From assembly GCA_031274525.1 (NCBI GenBank), contig JAISQA010000041.1, forward strand, positions 1-62,198: 62,198 nt of DNA, read 5' to 3'. How positions within the stretch are numbered: position 1 is the first letter of the stretch; every line of letters starts with the position of its first letter. The position numbers and the translations under genes were made by a program. A model generated the notes under the pieces. That model saw only the letters and a list, made by a program, of their open reading frames with translations, was not told the origin of the DNA and did not search any database. The DNA comes from Candidatus Margulisiibacteriota bacterium. Lineage in GTDB: Bacteria; Margulisbacteria; Termititenacia; Termititenacales; Termititenacaceae. Positions 42,649 through 52,509 of the stretch are shown here, piece after piece.

Positions 42649-44601
42649 CTAACTCTTTGTGTTTAATAGAGATTTATCTTTTTGCAGCAGGCGCAGGCTG
42701 TTGAAGACTACCAGCAGGCTCACGCCCACGTCGGCAAAAACAGCCAGCCACATTGTCGCTTCGCCGAAAAGAGTGAAATAAAAAAACAGCGCTTTGACGC
42801 CCAGCGCGAAGATGATGTTCTGCCGCAGCACGCCGGCGGTGCGGCGGGACAGCCGGATAAAGTCCGGCACTTTGCTTAAATCATCGGTCATCAGCGCCAC
42901 AGCGGCGGTCTCTATCGCCGTGTCCGAACCGGCCGCGCCCATCGCAAACCCGATATCCGCCCGCGCCAGAGCCGGAGCGTCATTGATGCCGTCCCCGACC
43001 ATGCCCACCTGATATTTAGACGAAAGCAATTTTTCGATCTCGGTCAGCTTGTCTTCCGGCAGAAGATCGGCCGCCACGGTGTCTATGCCCGCCTGTCCGG
43101 CTATGGCCTGCGCGGTGTGCTGATTGTCGCCGGTCAGGATGATCGTCTTGACCCCCAGCCGGTGCAGGGCCGCGACAGCCTGACGGCTATTTTTTTTCAG
43201 CGTGTCGGCCGCCGCAAAAAGCCCCAGTACTTTTTCCGTATCGGCCAGCAGGACGGTGCTGTAGCCTTTTTTCTCCCGGTGTTCCAGCTGTTCGGTTATT
43301 AGACGCGAGCCCAAATTTAACTCCTTGATCATCCGGTGATTGACGAGATAATAAGTTTTGGCGCCGATGCGGCCCTCGATGCCGCGGCCGGGCAGGGCGC
43401 GGAATTTACTGACGGTTTTTAATTTAAGATTTTTCTGGCGCGCGGCCGCCGCCAGAGCCTGCGACACCGGGTGATCGGAGCGCGCGGCCAGACTGGCGGC
43501 CAGCGTTTGGATCACGGCGGGATTTTGTTTGGTCCAGTTTTTAAAATCAGTCTGGCGGGGCCGGCCCTCGGTGAGCGTGCCGGTTTTATCCAGCGCCAGC
43601 CAGCGCAAATGCCGTCCGTTCTCCAGAAAGACACCGCCTTTGATCAAAATACCCTGCCGCGCCGCATTGGCCAGCCCGCTGACTATGCCAACCGGTATGG
43701 AGATGACCAGCGCGCAGGGGCAGGCCGTGACCAGCAGCACCAGCGCTTTGTAGAGCCAGTTCAGCCACTCGCCGGTGAAAAGCGGCGGCAGCACGGCGAC
43801 GAACAGCGCCAGCAAAAAAACCGCCGGTGTATAAATTCTGGCAAAGCGATCCACAAAGCGCTGCACCGGCGCTTTGTTTTCCTGCGCTTTTTCTACAGCG
43901 TGAATGATGCGTGCCAGCGTGGAATCCTTGGCCAGCGCGGTCACCCGGTAAGTAAAGGAGCCGGTGGTATTGAGCGTGCCGGCAAAAACCGCGGCGTTTT
44001 TATTTTTCTCGACCGGGATACTTTCGCCGGTGATCGGCGCCTGATCGACAAAAGAATGTCCGCTCAAGACCACGCCGTCCAGCGCGATCTTTTCGCCGGG
44101 CTTGACCCGCACGACGCTGCCGGCCGCTACCTGTTCTGCCGCGGTCTCCCGCCAGCTGCCGTTGGCCTGCTGCACCGTGGCTTTTTCCGGCGCGAGTTTT
44201 AACACCTCGCCGATCGCCTGACGCGCGCGGCCGAGCGAGTGTTCCTCGATGACTTCCGACAGCGCGAATAAGACCATCACCATCGCGGCTTCCGGCCAGT
44301 GGCCGATCAGCAGCGCCCCGGTGACCGCCACGGCCATCAGCGCGTTCATATTCAAATCCAGCCGGAACAGTGCCAGCAGGCCCTGCTTGTATACGGGCAA
44401 GCCGCTGCCGGCGATAGCGGCCAGCGCCAGCACGAAGACCAGCCAGTGCCCGCCGTAGAATAACTCGATAATTTCCGCGGCCGCGGCGGCCAGAAAAGCC
44501 GGCAGTAATGTCCGCCAGTCTGCGGACTCTTCCCGTTCTTCTGTCAGGTTTTGGGCGGCGTGATCTTTTGCACAGCAGCCGCAGCTTTTAGTTTCTACCA
44601 T
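42649..44601 (-). CDS. cadA: heavy-metal (Cd/Zn/Co-type) translocating P1B-type ATPase
   Basis: ACPCALVIS, DKTGTLT and GDGINDAPAL. Confidence 0.92.
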   Translation of the reverse strand: MVETKSCGCCAKDHAAQNLTEEREESADWRTLLPAFLAAAAAEIIELFYGGHWLVFVLALAAIAGSGLPVYKQGLLALFRLDLNMNALMAVAVTGALLIGHWPEAAMVMVLFALSEVIEEHSLGRARQAIGEVLKLAPEKATVQQANGSWRETAAEQVAAGSVVRVKPGEKIALDGVVLSGHSFVDQAPITGESIPVEKNKNAAVFAGTLNTTGSFTYRVTALAKDSTLARIIHAVEKAQENKAPVQRFVDRFARIYTPAVFLLALFVAVLPPLFTGEWLNWLYKALVLLVTACPCALVISIPVGIVSGLANAARQGILIKGGVFLENGRHLRWLALDKTGTLTEGRPRQTDFKNWTKQNPAVIQTLAASLAARSDHPVSQALAAAARQKNLKLKTVSKFRALPGRGIEGRIGAKTYYLVNHRMIKELNLGSRLITEQLEHREKKGYSTVLLADTEKVLGLFAAADTLKKNSRQAVAALHRLGVKTIILTGDNQHTAQAIAGQAGIDTVAADLLPEDKLTEIEKLLSSKYQVGMVGDGINDAPALARADIGFAMGAAGSDTAIETAAVALMTDDLSKVPDFIRLSRRTAGVLRQNIIFALGVKALFFYFTLFGEATMWLAVFADVGVSLLVVFNSLRLLQKDKSLLNTKS

Positions 44602-44903
44602 TTACATTCTCCTTTGCAGCAGTCTTTGACCAGAAAGGCTGCCACGGCTTTGATATGTTTGCAGTCCGGGACATAAAGGATCGTTTTGCCTCTCCGGCGC
44701 GAATGGCAGAGCCCGGCGCTGCCCAGCAGGCTGAGATGAAAAGACAGGGTGTTGCGCGGTATATTGCCCATTTCTTTGGCGATCTGGGTCGGGGTCACGC
44801 CGCCGGTGCCTTTTTCGTGGTGCTTGAGCAGGATACAGAAGACCTTGAGCCGCACGGTTTTGGACAGCGCATCGAAGATAACCGCCATTTCCTGCATTTT
44901 CAT
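44595..44903 (-). CDS. ArsR/SmtB-family metalloregulator
   Basis: wHTH RLKVFCILL...IAKEMGNIPRNTLSFHLSLL. It overlaps the cadA start. Confidence 0.85.
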   Translation of the reverse strand: MKMQEMAVIFDALSKTVRLKVFCILLKHHEKGTGGVTPTQIAKEMGNIPRNTLSFHLSLLGSAGLCHSRRRGKTILYVPDCKHIKAVAAFLVKDCCKGECKW

Positions 44904-44925
44904 TTTACCGCTCCTTTATGCCACG

Positions 44926-44943
44926 TTTCTAGAAATCTAGAAA
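44926..44943. promoter_or_regulatory. 8-2-8 inverted repeat TTTCTAGA-AA-TCTAGAAA, candidate ArsR operator
   Basis: It lies 23 nt upstream of the arsR-like start codon. Confidence 0.45.
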
Positions 44944-45101
44944 TATAGAAACATAAAATCGGATAAAAAGCAAGCGTTTTTTAGCCGGCCGCGGCGGGAG
45001 CGGTCTAAAGCCCGGTGCTGGTTAAATTCCGCAGACCGCCAGTTTGTGTTAATATAAGTTTTTACGGCTGTCTCATTAGAATAATTTGAGGAGAATTTAT
45101 T

Positions 45102-45899
45102 TTGAGCGATATTATTGCAGTGCATAATCTGACCAAGCGCTACAAAAAGGCCAAAGAGCTGGCGGTAGACGGGCTCAGCTTTACGGTGCGGGAAGGCGAT
45201 TTTTTTGCTTTTCTGGGGCCCAACGGCGCGGGCAAGACCACGACCATCTCGATCCTGACAACCACGCTTGCCCGGACTTCCGGGCAGGTGACTATCGCCG
45301 GTTATGATCTGGAGCGCGAGACCAGACAGATCCGCGAAAAAGTCGGGATTATTTTTCAAAAACCCAGTCTGGACAAAACGCTCTCGGCGGAAGAGAACAT
45401 CCGTTTTCACGCCTGCCTGTACGGGATGTTCCTGTACCGGCCGTCTTTCTGCCTGATGCCCGCCGCCTACCGGGAGCGCGTCCGGGAGCTGGCGGAGATC
45501 GTGGGGCTGCAGGACAAACTTTTTCAGCCGGTCAAAAAACTTTCCGGCGGCATGCAGCGCAAGCTGGAAATCCTGCGCAGCCTCATGCACACGCCGGATA
45601 TTTTGTTTCTGGATGAGCCGACGCAGGGGCTGGACGCGGTAAGCCGCCGCGCGCTCTGGAATTATATTGACGCTGTCCGGCAAAAACACGGCACCACGGT
45701 TTTTTTGACCACGCATTATATAGATGAAGCCGAAAAAGTTGACGCCCTGTGCGTGATCAACCGCGGCCGCATTGCTTTTGCCGGCACGCCGCGGCAGTTA
45801 AAAGCGCGGCTGGGCGCTCAGCCCGTAATGCGGCTCTATGAACCGTCGCTGGAAGACGCTTATGTGGATCTGCTCCAGAAAACGGGAGGCGCGGAATGA
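45102..45899 (+). CDS. ABC transporter ATP-binding protein
   Basis: GPNGAGKTT Walker A, LSGGMQRKLE signature and ILFLDEPT Walker B. Confidence 0.9.
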   Translation: MSDIIAVHNLTKRYKKAKELAVDGLSFTVREGDFFAFLGPNGAGKTTTISILTTTLARTSGQVTIAGYDLERETRQIREKVGIIFQKPSLDKTLSAEENIRFHACLYGMFLYRPSFCLMPAAYRERVRELAEIVGLQDKLFQPVKKLSGGMQRKLEILRSLMHTPDILFLDEPTQGLDAVSRRALWNYIDAVRQKHGTTVFLTTHYIDEAEKVDALCVINRGRIAFAGTPRQLKARLGAQPVMRLYEPSLEDAYVDLLQKTGGAE

Positions 45900-46687
45900 A
45901 CAAATGGGCGCGGGAAATCAACGCGGTGGTGACGATCGCCGTGCGGGATATTTTGATCCTGCTCAAAACACCGTCCTATTTTATTTTCAGCTTGATCATG
46001 CCGCTGATTTTTATGGGCATACTGGGCGGCAGTCTGGCGCAGAATATGGCCGCCGGTCTGCCCTATGATTACGGTCAGTTTTTGCTGGTCGGGATGCTCG
46101 TCAACATGCTGCTGATGGGCACGACCGGCGGCATCACCTCGCTGGTCGAGGATCGCACGGAGGATTTCACGCAGGAGCTGATGGTCTCGCCGATCTCGCG
46201 TTACTCCATTATTGTCGGCAAGATTCTGGGCTCGTCTTTTACGGCTGTTTTGCAGCTTCTGGGCACGCTGCTGACCGCGCTCCTGATGGGTATTCATTAT
46301 TCTCTCTGGCAGCTGCTGGCGGTGCTGGCCGTCGCGCCGCTGATCTGTCTGTCCGCCGGTTCGCTGGGCATGATCATCGTGGCGTTCATCAAGGATAACC
46401 GCACGGCCGGGATGGTGCAGATGCTGGTCGTCATGCCTCAGATGTTTCTCACCGGCGCGTTTATCCCGATCAATAATTCGCAGGGCCTGTTATTTTTGCT
46501 CAGCCGGCTGATGCCGATGACTTACTGCCTCGATCTGGCGCGCGCGGCGTTCTTTGCCGGCGCTCCGGGCTATGCCAGCATTGTGCTGTTCAATCCCCTG
46601 CTGGATATTCTGATCATCGCGGCCCTGACCGTGGTGTTTCTGCTGATCGGGACTTTTTTCTTTGTGCGGTCGGAAACGAACCGCTGA
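45896..46687 (+). CDS. ABC-2 type transporter permease
   Basis: Six hydrophobic segments. It is translationally coupled to the ATPase gene. Confidence 0.85.
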   Translation: MNKWAREINAVVTIAVRDILILLKTPSYFIFSLIMPLIFMGILGGSLAQNMAAGLPYDYGQFLLVGMLVNMLLMGTTGGITSLVEDRTEDFTQELMVSPISRYSIIVGKILGSSFTAVLQLLGTLLTALLMGIHYSLWQLLAVLAVAPLICLSAGSLGMIIVAFIKDNRTAGMVQMLVVMPQMFLTGAFIPINNSQGLLFLLSRLMPMTYCLDLARAAFFAGAPGYASIVLFNPLLDILIIAALTVVFLLIGTFFFVRSETNR

Positions 46688-46701
46688 AAAACCGCGGCCT
46701 G

Positions 46702-47040
46702 CTAAAACTTGCGCACCACGCGCCAGATGGTGCTGTTGACCTGCGCGGCTAACTGTTCGGCCAGATTTTTTTTGGCGAAAGCGGACAGCAGCGGCCGGGC
46801 GGCCTGCACCGGAGTTTTGGGCCTGGCGTCCAGCAAAAATAAATGGGGCGGCACCTGCAAAGCGTCGGCGATTTTTGTGATCATTTCCAGCGAAGGAAAT
46901 TTGCGCCCGGTCTCTATCTCGCAGATATAACTGGCCGGTGTGTCACAGCGCAATCCCAGCTGCAGCTGGGACATACCGGCCTGCTTTCTGAATTTTTTTA
47001 AGTTGTCAATATAGATTTGCTTTAACTGGGCATACTGCAT
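46702..47040 (-). CDS. XRE-family HTH regulator
   Basis: LKKFRKQAGMSQLQLGLRCDTPASYICEIETGRKFPSLEMITKIADAL. Confidence 0.75.
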   Translation of the reverse strand: MQYAQLKQIYIDNLKKFRKQAGMSQLQLGLRCDTPASYICEIETGRKFPSLEMITKIADALQVPPHLFLLDARPKTPVQAARPLLSAFAKKNLAEQLAAQVNSTIWRVVRKF

Positions 47041-47161
47041 TTTGTCTTTATAAGCTAACAGCTAATGTCTTGACAATTAGCTGTACGTCGATATAATTAC
47101 ATAGCTGTAAGCTATTATAGGTCTGTATGGCTTAGGGCTAATCTAACCCGGGGGGATTTTT

Positions 47162-47866
47162 ATGGTGATAAGAAAAGGCGAGCCGATGCTGGCGCAGGAT
47201 ATCCTTGATTTGCGGGACGGGCTGCAGAATAATATAGATACAGTGTCCGCTAATATAACTGCTGCTGGTGAAGCCAGAGCTTTAGAGTTGCAGAATAATA
47301 TAGATACGGTGTTCGCTAATGTAACTGCTGCCGGTAAAGCCAGAGCTTTAGAGCTGCAGAATAGTATAGATACGCTATCCGCTAATGTGGCCGATTTAAG
47401 TTTTTTTCCTGTAGGCGCTATTTTGATGATAGACGGCGGCTGGACGGACGGACGCGGCGGCTGGTATATCTGCGACGGACGGGATACGCCTTACGGCAAT
47501 ACGCCAAATTTGACAGGCCGGTTTGTCCGCGGCGGGACGGCAGCCGGAACCACCGCGGGCAGTGATACCGTGACTTTAACCATCGCCAATTTGCCGGCGC
47601 ATGTTCATGGAGCGACAGGCTTGGTCGTCAACAATGCCGGCGAGCATACGCATACAATTAAAGAAGGTAGTAACGTCTCAAGCGCTGCTCCGGATCTTAC
47701 CTCCGGAGATGATCACACAAATATAATTAAATTTTATCAGACCACATCGTCTGCCGGTGACCATACGCATACGCTTTCGGGAACTACAGCCAGCGCGGGC
47801 TCAGGCGCGGCTTTTGATATTATTCCGGGTTATTACACAGTGATTTATATTAAGAAAATGGCGTAG
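47162..47866 (+). CDS. phage-tail-collar domain protein (MdpB-like) with N-terminal 22-aa repeats
   Basis: GWYICDG...PNLTGRFVRGG...TLTIANLPAHVHG. Confidence 0.75.
   Translation: MVIRKGEPMLAQDILDLRDGLQNNIDTVSANITAAGEARALELQNNIDTVFANVTAAGKARALELQNSIDTLSANVADLSFFPVGAILMIDGGWTDGRGGWYICDGRDTPYGNTPNLTGRFVRGGTAAGTTAGSDTVTLTIANLPAHVHGATGLVVNNAGEHTHTIKEGSNVSSAAPDLTSGDDHTNIIKFYQTTSSAGDHTHTLSGTTASAGSGAAFDIIPGYYTVIYIKKMA
47222..47395 (+). repeat. 2.6 x 66-bp in-frame tandem repeat (LQNNIDTVSANITAAGEARALE units)
   Basis: Units start at 47222, 47288 and 47354. Confidence 0.8.
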
Positions 47867-47985
47867 TGTTTCAAAGAAAGGGACAGGTAAGCTATGTTAG
47901 CGTAAATATGCTAGCCTATCCGCCTATTTTTTGCTAACACTCTGTTTATGGTATTTACGGCGGCAGCTTTGCAATACTTCTCACA

Positions 47986-48222
47986 ATGAGTAAGACGGCT
48001 AGAGAATTTGAGATATTCAGACAGGCTCTGGGCCGCCGTATTCAAAAAATCCGCAAGGACAAAAAGCATACGCAGGAAAGTCTGGCGGAATCCTCCGGTC
48101 TGGATCGGGTGGCGGTCGGTTACATAGAACAGGGCCGGCGGTCGCCTAAATTGAGCACTCTGTATCTGCTGGCCAAAAGTCTGAATGTGGAAGTCGCCGC
48201 CTTTTTCAAAAGAGACCGGTAG
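47986..48222 (+). CDS. XRE-family HTH regulator
   Basis: IRKDKKHTQESLAESSGLDRVAVGYIEQGRRSPKLSTLYLLAKSL. Confidence 0.75.
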   Translation: MSKTAREFEIFRQALGRRIQKIRKDKKHTQESLAESSGLDRVAVGYIEQGRRSPKLSTLYLLAKSLNVEVAAFFKRDR

Positions 48223-48328
48223 CCTGCGGAAAAAAGCCGCCCGTAACCGGCAGGCTAAAGCCGGGGCTGTGCGCCAAAGTTGCTGCTCAGACAGAGTTTC
48301 AGGGAGTTTAAAAACCTTAAAAAGAGTC

Positions 48329-48358
48329 AAAATCCCCCAGTGTGGGGGATTTTTTGGT
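48329..48358. terminator. bidirectional Rho-independent terminator
   Basis: AAAATCCCCCA-GTG-TGGGGGATTTT with T-tracts on both strands, between convergent genes. Confidence 0.65.
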
Positions 48359-48364
48359 GTTTTA

Positions 48365-49612
48365 TTAGGCCGTTTTTCCTAGCAACCACTCAAAAACATT
48401 TTTATGGATTATTCCTGCTCGGTTTTTTAAAAACGAGTCTGTTGTAAGCAGATATTTAGGATAATTATCTTTTATTTGTTCAAGAGAAAAAAATTCTCGT
48501 TCTTCTGTTTTTGTATCTGCAATGTTCCAGGCAACTTGATAATATTCAATATCGCCAGTCTTATTTTTTACAAGAAAATCAATTTCACCATTTCTCATCG
48601 TGCCTGTCCAAATTTTGTAACCTCTCCGCAAAAGTTCCAAATAAACAGCATTTTCCAAAATATGTCCTCTATCTGTCATTTTTTCTCGCCCTGCTAATAC
48701 ATTTAGCAGACCTAAATCAACAAGATAGTATTTTTCTTGGGTCGCTAATTGTTTCTTGCCTTTTATGTCAAAACGATTAACACGGTAAAAAACAAAACTT
48801 TCTACAAGATAATCGATGAACTTTTCAACAGTTGCGTGATGAACACTCTGATTGTCTGCTTTTAATGCTTTTGAGATACTGCTTGGTGATACCTTGTTGC
48901 CGATATTTGTTGCGATAAATTTTGTGATATTACCGAACGCTCGCTTGTCGTTGATTTTATATCGTTGCATTATGTCTTTTTGGATAATAGTAGCGTATAA
49001 GGCCTCGATATATTCATAGATTTTATCAAAGCCTTCTTTTCGTAAATCAACTCCTTTAGGTAAAGAAGTTTCATTTACATAATCGGAAAATAAGGCTTCG
49101 TAATTCAAATGCTCATTATTTGTAGCTATTTTTCTGGCTTCCAAATATTCAGCAAAAGAAAAAGGTAAAATAGATATTTCTATATATCTGCCGCTCAACA
49201 AAGTAGCAAGCTCACTAGACAATAAATTGGCATTTGAACCTGTAATATAAACGTCAACATTTGGCGTGGCAAACAATCCGTCAATCAATTTTTCAAAACT
49301 AGCGATATTCTGGATTTCATCAAGGAAAATGTAATTGGATTTGTTTACGTGTAACTTTGCTTTTATTTCAAAATAAAGTTTATCCCACGACTTATTCAAA
49401 TAATTTTCCGGTAGCTCGAAATTATAAAATTGGATTTGCCTGGATGTTACGCCGTGTTTTAATAAGAAAGTTTTAAATAAATTAAACAAGGTAGATTTAC
49501 CAGAGCGGCGCAAACCAGTAACTACTTTGATAAGGTCTTTGTCTTTATAGGACAATAAATCGGCAAGGTATTTCTTTCGGTTTAATAATTTGCTCATACG
49601 CCAATATACCAC
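48365..49612 (-). CDS. AAA-family ATPase (AAA_14 + DUF4143-type)
   Basis: GLRRSGKSTL Walker A and IFLDEIQ Walker B. The gene is strongly AT-rich. Confidence 0.8.
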   Translation of the reverse strand: MVYWRMSKLLNRKKYLADLLSYKDKDLIKVVTGLRRSGKSTLFNLFKTFLLKHGVTSRQIQFYNFELPENYLNKSWDKLYFEIKAKLHVNKSNYIFLDEIQNIASFEKLIDGLFATPNVDVYITGSNANLLSSELATLLSGRYIEISILPFSFAEYLEARKIATNNEHLNYEALFSDYVNETSLPKGVDLRKEGFDKIYEYIEALYATIIQKDIMQRYKINDKRAFGNITKFIATNIGNKVSPSSISKALKADNQSVHHATVEKFIDYLVESFVFYRVNRFDIKGKKQLATQEKYYLVDLGLLNVLAGREKMTDRGHILENAVYLELLRRGYKIWTGTMRNGEIDFLVKNKTGDIEYYQVAWNIADTKTEEREFFSLEQIKDNYPKYLLTTDSFLKNRAGIIHKNVFEWLLGKTA

Positions 49613-49768
49613 AAACTATCAAAACTTGTAATTTTTACAAGTTTTGATAGTTTCCTGGTTGTCCGAAAAGAACCAGTAACAACGTCTCCCCTGGGACACA
49701 TTGTTAAGAGGTGCGGGGAGTCCTGTTACTAATAATATACCACAATATACATTAACCAAAAAAACAAG

Positions 49769-49841
<73 letters not shown>

Positions 49842-49905
49842 GCAATAAACGGAAAATAAATATACCAAAAAAACGCCGGGCTGGCTATCTGGTATAATCT
49901 GTGCC

Positions 49906-50907
49906 ATGACCGAACGATCTCTGCAAACCCCGCTTAAATCCGGTTTCAACGCTAAATCCACGGCCAGACAGATTGTCGGCCAGAGAGACTTGCGCGGCAA
50001 AAACATTATTGTTACCGGCGGTTATTCCGGCATAGGACGGGAAATTACCCGCGCGCTGGCCGGAGCTGGAGCATCCGTGCTGGTTCCCGCGCGCGATCTG
50101 GCCAAGGCCCGCAAGAATTTGCGGGGCATTCCCGGCGTAGCAATAGACGCGCTGGATTTACTGGAGCCGGCCTCCATTGATTTGTTCGCCGACAGATTTC
50201 TGGCCGGACAAAAACCGCTGCATATACTTATTAACTGCGCCGGAATTATGGCCCCGCCGCTTACGCGCGACAGGCGCGGCTATGAATCGCAATTTGCGAT
50301 AAATCATCTCGGCCATTTTCAGTTGACCGCCAGATTGTGGCCGGCTCTGCGGCAGGCGGACGGAGCGCGGGTTGTGGCGGTGTCTTCACGGGCGCAGAGA
50401 ATGGGCGGCGTGAATTTTGCAGATATTAACTATGAGCAGACAGCCTATCAGCCGATGCAGGCTTATGCGCAATCCAAAACAGCCAATGTTTTATTTGCCG
50501 TGCGGCTCGACGCGCTGGCCAGAAAATACGGTGTCCGCGCTTTTGCCGCACATCCGGGACTGGTGCCGGGGACGGATCTGGGCAGACAGGCGGCCAATCC
50601 GCTGGTCAGATTTTTGTATTTGCTAATGCTCTGGAAAAAAGACCTGTTTCTGCGCCGTAGACCTCATCATTCCGGCGATGAATTAAAAAATATCCGGCAG
50701 GGCGCGGCCACACCGGTATGGTGCGCGCTGAGCGAGGAATTGAACGGCAAAGGCGGCGTGTACTGCGAGGACTGCAACATTGCCAGCGCGGTGACTGACC
50801 GCGCATCGCCTTACGGCGTGCTGCCCTGGGCTATTGACGCGGAACTGGCCGCCAAACTCTGGACGATTTCGGAAAAAATGACCGGCGTAAAATTTTTGAC
50901 AAATTGA
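49906..50907 (+). CDS. short-chain dehydrogenase/reductase family oxidoreductase
   Basis: VTGGYSGIGRE Rossmann motif and YAQSK catalytic motif. Confidence 0.85.
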   Translation: MTERSLQTPLKSGFNAKSTARQIVGQRDLRGKNIIVTGGYSGIGREITRALAGAGASVLVPARDLAKARKNLRGIPGVAIDALDLLEPASIDLFADRFLAGQKPLHILINCAGIMAPPLTRDRRGYESQFAINHLGHFQLTARLWPALRQADGARVVAVSSRAQRMGGVNFADINYEQTAYQPMQAYAQSKTANVLFAVRLDALARKYGVRAFAAHPGLVPGTDLGRQAANPLVRFLYLLMLWKKDLFLRRRPHHSGDELKNIRQGAATPVWCALSEELNGKGGVYCEDCNIASAVTDRASPYGVLPWAIDAELAAKLWTISEKMTGVKFLTN

Positions 50908-50956
50908 TACCCCGCGCATTTGCGCCTATAATCTCACTCAAGCAAGGAGCAAATAA

Positions 50957-51592
50957 ATGAAAGTTATTTTAGTAAACGGCAGTCCGCATGAAAAAGGCTG
51001 TACTTATACCGCGCTCAATGAAATAGCGCGGACATTAAATAAAGAAAACGTCGAAGCCGAAATTTTCTGGATCGGGACGAAACCAATTGCGGGTTGTATC
51101 GCCTGCCGCAAATGCGGTCAGACCGGGCAATGTGTTTTCCAGGACAATGTAAATGAATTTCGGAAGATCGCCCAAACTGCGGGCGGGTTTATCTTCGGCT
51201 CGCCGGTGCATTACGCGGCGGCCAGCGGCGCGCTGACCTCATTTATGGACAGGGTGTTTTTCTCCGAAATGCTCGGCAGCGCTGAAAATGCTTTTTACCT
51301 GAAGCCTGCCGCAGCGGTGCTCTCGGCCCGCCGTGCCGGCACGACTGCGGCCTTTGACCAGCTCAACAAATATTTTACAATATCGGAAATGCCGATAATC
51401 TCTTCGCGTTACTGGAATATGGTGCACGGAGCTAAGCCGGAAGATGTGCTGCAAGATCTGGAGGGTATGCAGGTGATGCGTATACTCGGCCGTAATATGG
51501 CATATTTTTTGCGCTGTAAAGAAGCTGGAGCAAAGGCCGGCGTTGCCCTGCCGGAGCGGGAAGAAATTATGATGACTAATTTTATTCGCTGA
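50957..51592 (+). CDS. NAD(P)H-dependent FMN reductase / iron-sulfur flavoprotein-like
   Basis: MKVILVNGSPHEKGCTY and GCIACRKCGQTGQC. Confidence 0.8.
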   Translation: MKVILVNGSPHEKGCTYTALNEIARTLNKENVEAEIFWIGTKPIAGCIACRKCGQTGQCVFQDNVNEFRKIAQTAGGFIFGSPVHYAAASGALTSFMDRVFFSEMLGSAENAFYLKPAAAVLSARRAGTTAAFDQLNKYFTISEMPIISSRYWNMVHGAKPEDVLQDLEGMQVMRILGRNMAYFLRCKEAGAKAGVALPEREEIMMTNFIR

Positions 51593-51724
51593 ATTTTTCT
51601 CTTGTATGGTGGCAATTCGCGCGTAATTCCTCGCGCACAAATTGATACCAAACGCAGTACGCCGGGTGACAAATTGCGCGTTTTTCTATGCGCGCAATTT
51701 GATACTCTGCGCCCAGGCGCAGAG

Positions 51725-51798
51725 TGGGCTTGCACGGATTCGAACCGTGGACCTCTCGCATGTGAAGCGAGCGCTCTAACCGGCTGAGCTACAAGCCC
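51725..51798 (-). tRNA. tRNA-Val (CAC)
   Basis: Hand-folded cloverleaf: acceptor GGGCTTG/CAAGCCC, anticodon loop TTCACAT. Confidence 0.88.
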
Positions 51799-51818
51799 GG
51801 AAATTAACTGACCGGCGG

Positions 51819-52040
51819 CTATTTATTAGGCGTTTTGTAATCGATCTGTTCCACAAGCGGCCGCCACTCTTTGAAAGTGCGGTATTTGATCTTGGTGCCT
51901 TTGAGCCCCGCGTCAGTGATTACGCTGATCGAGAGGAAAAGCAGCAGAACCGCCAGCGCAATGCTGATGATAAAAATGCCCAGACCTACCGGTGAAGCCC
52001 AGCCGTGCCACTTGAACAATTCTTTATTTTCTGTAGCCAT
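51819..52040 (-). CDS. 73-aa single-pass membrane protein, hypothetical
   Basis: Strong SD (TAAAGGAGGAAATAAT before the ATG) and one hydrophobic helix. Confidence 0.55.
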   Translation of the reverse strand: MATENKELFKWHGWASPVGLGIFIISIALAVLLLFLSISVITDAGLKGTKIKYRTFKEWRPLVEQIDYKTPNK

Positions 52041-52120
52041 ATTATTTCCTCCTTTAGTTTGCTGTTTCTATTATATCACAGAGTCCGGCGCGGATATTTA
52101 TTTACGCACTAAATGACCCG

Positions 52121-52281
52121 GGGACTGTAAAATTAACTGTGTAAACACCCCAATGCGCGCTACTAACAGCTGCGCAAATATATTGCAGCTCGCGCCTATG
52201 CGCGGGATACGGCTTCGCGGGAGCAGAATATTCCGCTTGCCAGCCAGCGGCCGCGCGATTTTACTTTTATTTTGTATCGAG
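52121..52281. repeat. degenerate copy of the structured repeat with intact GGGACTGTAAAATTAACTG box, abutting the tRNA-Val(GAC) 3' end
   Basis: The box at 52121-52139 is identical to 62025-62043. The following about 140 nt retain GCGCGC-type hairpins and a tail like that of copy 1. Confidence 0.5.
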
Positions 52282-52355
52282 TGGGCATGCGTGGACTCGA
52301 ACCACGGACCTCTTGCATGTCAAGCAAGCACTCTAACCACCTGAGCTACATGCCC
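52282..52355 (-). tRNA. tRNA-Val (GAC)
   Basis: Hand-folded cloverleaf: acceptor GGGCATG/CATGCCC, anticodon loop TTGACAT. Confidence 0.88.
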
Positions 52356-52509
52356 CTATTGTTCAAAACACCAGGACCCGCGGCCAAACAGCTGAACTAA
52401 CCGTTTTTTCTGCCCGGCAGCGCTCCAGCGCAGCGCAGAGACAGACCCGGATCCCGCTCCATTTTAAAGTAAAACGCCGGTTCTGACAATTTTAGTTTGT
52501 TTTTCCCGG

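Noticed and set aside
47162-47866. Prophage or tailocin
   Set aside because: There is only a single tail-collar-domain gene. No capsid, terminase, baseplate, sheath, tube, lysis or integrase genes lie nearby.
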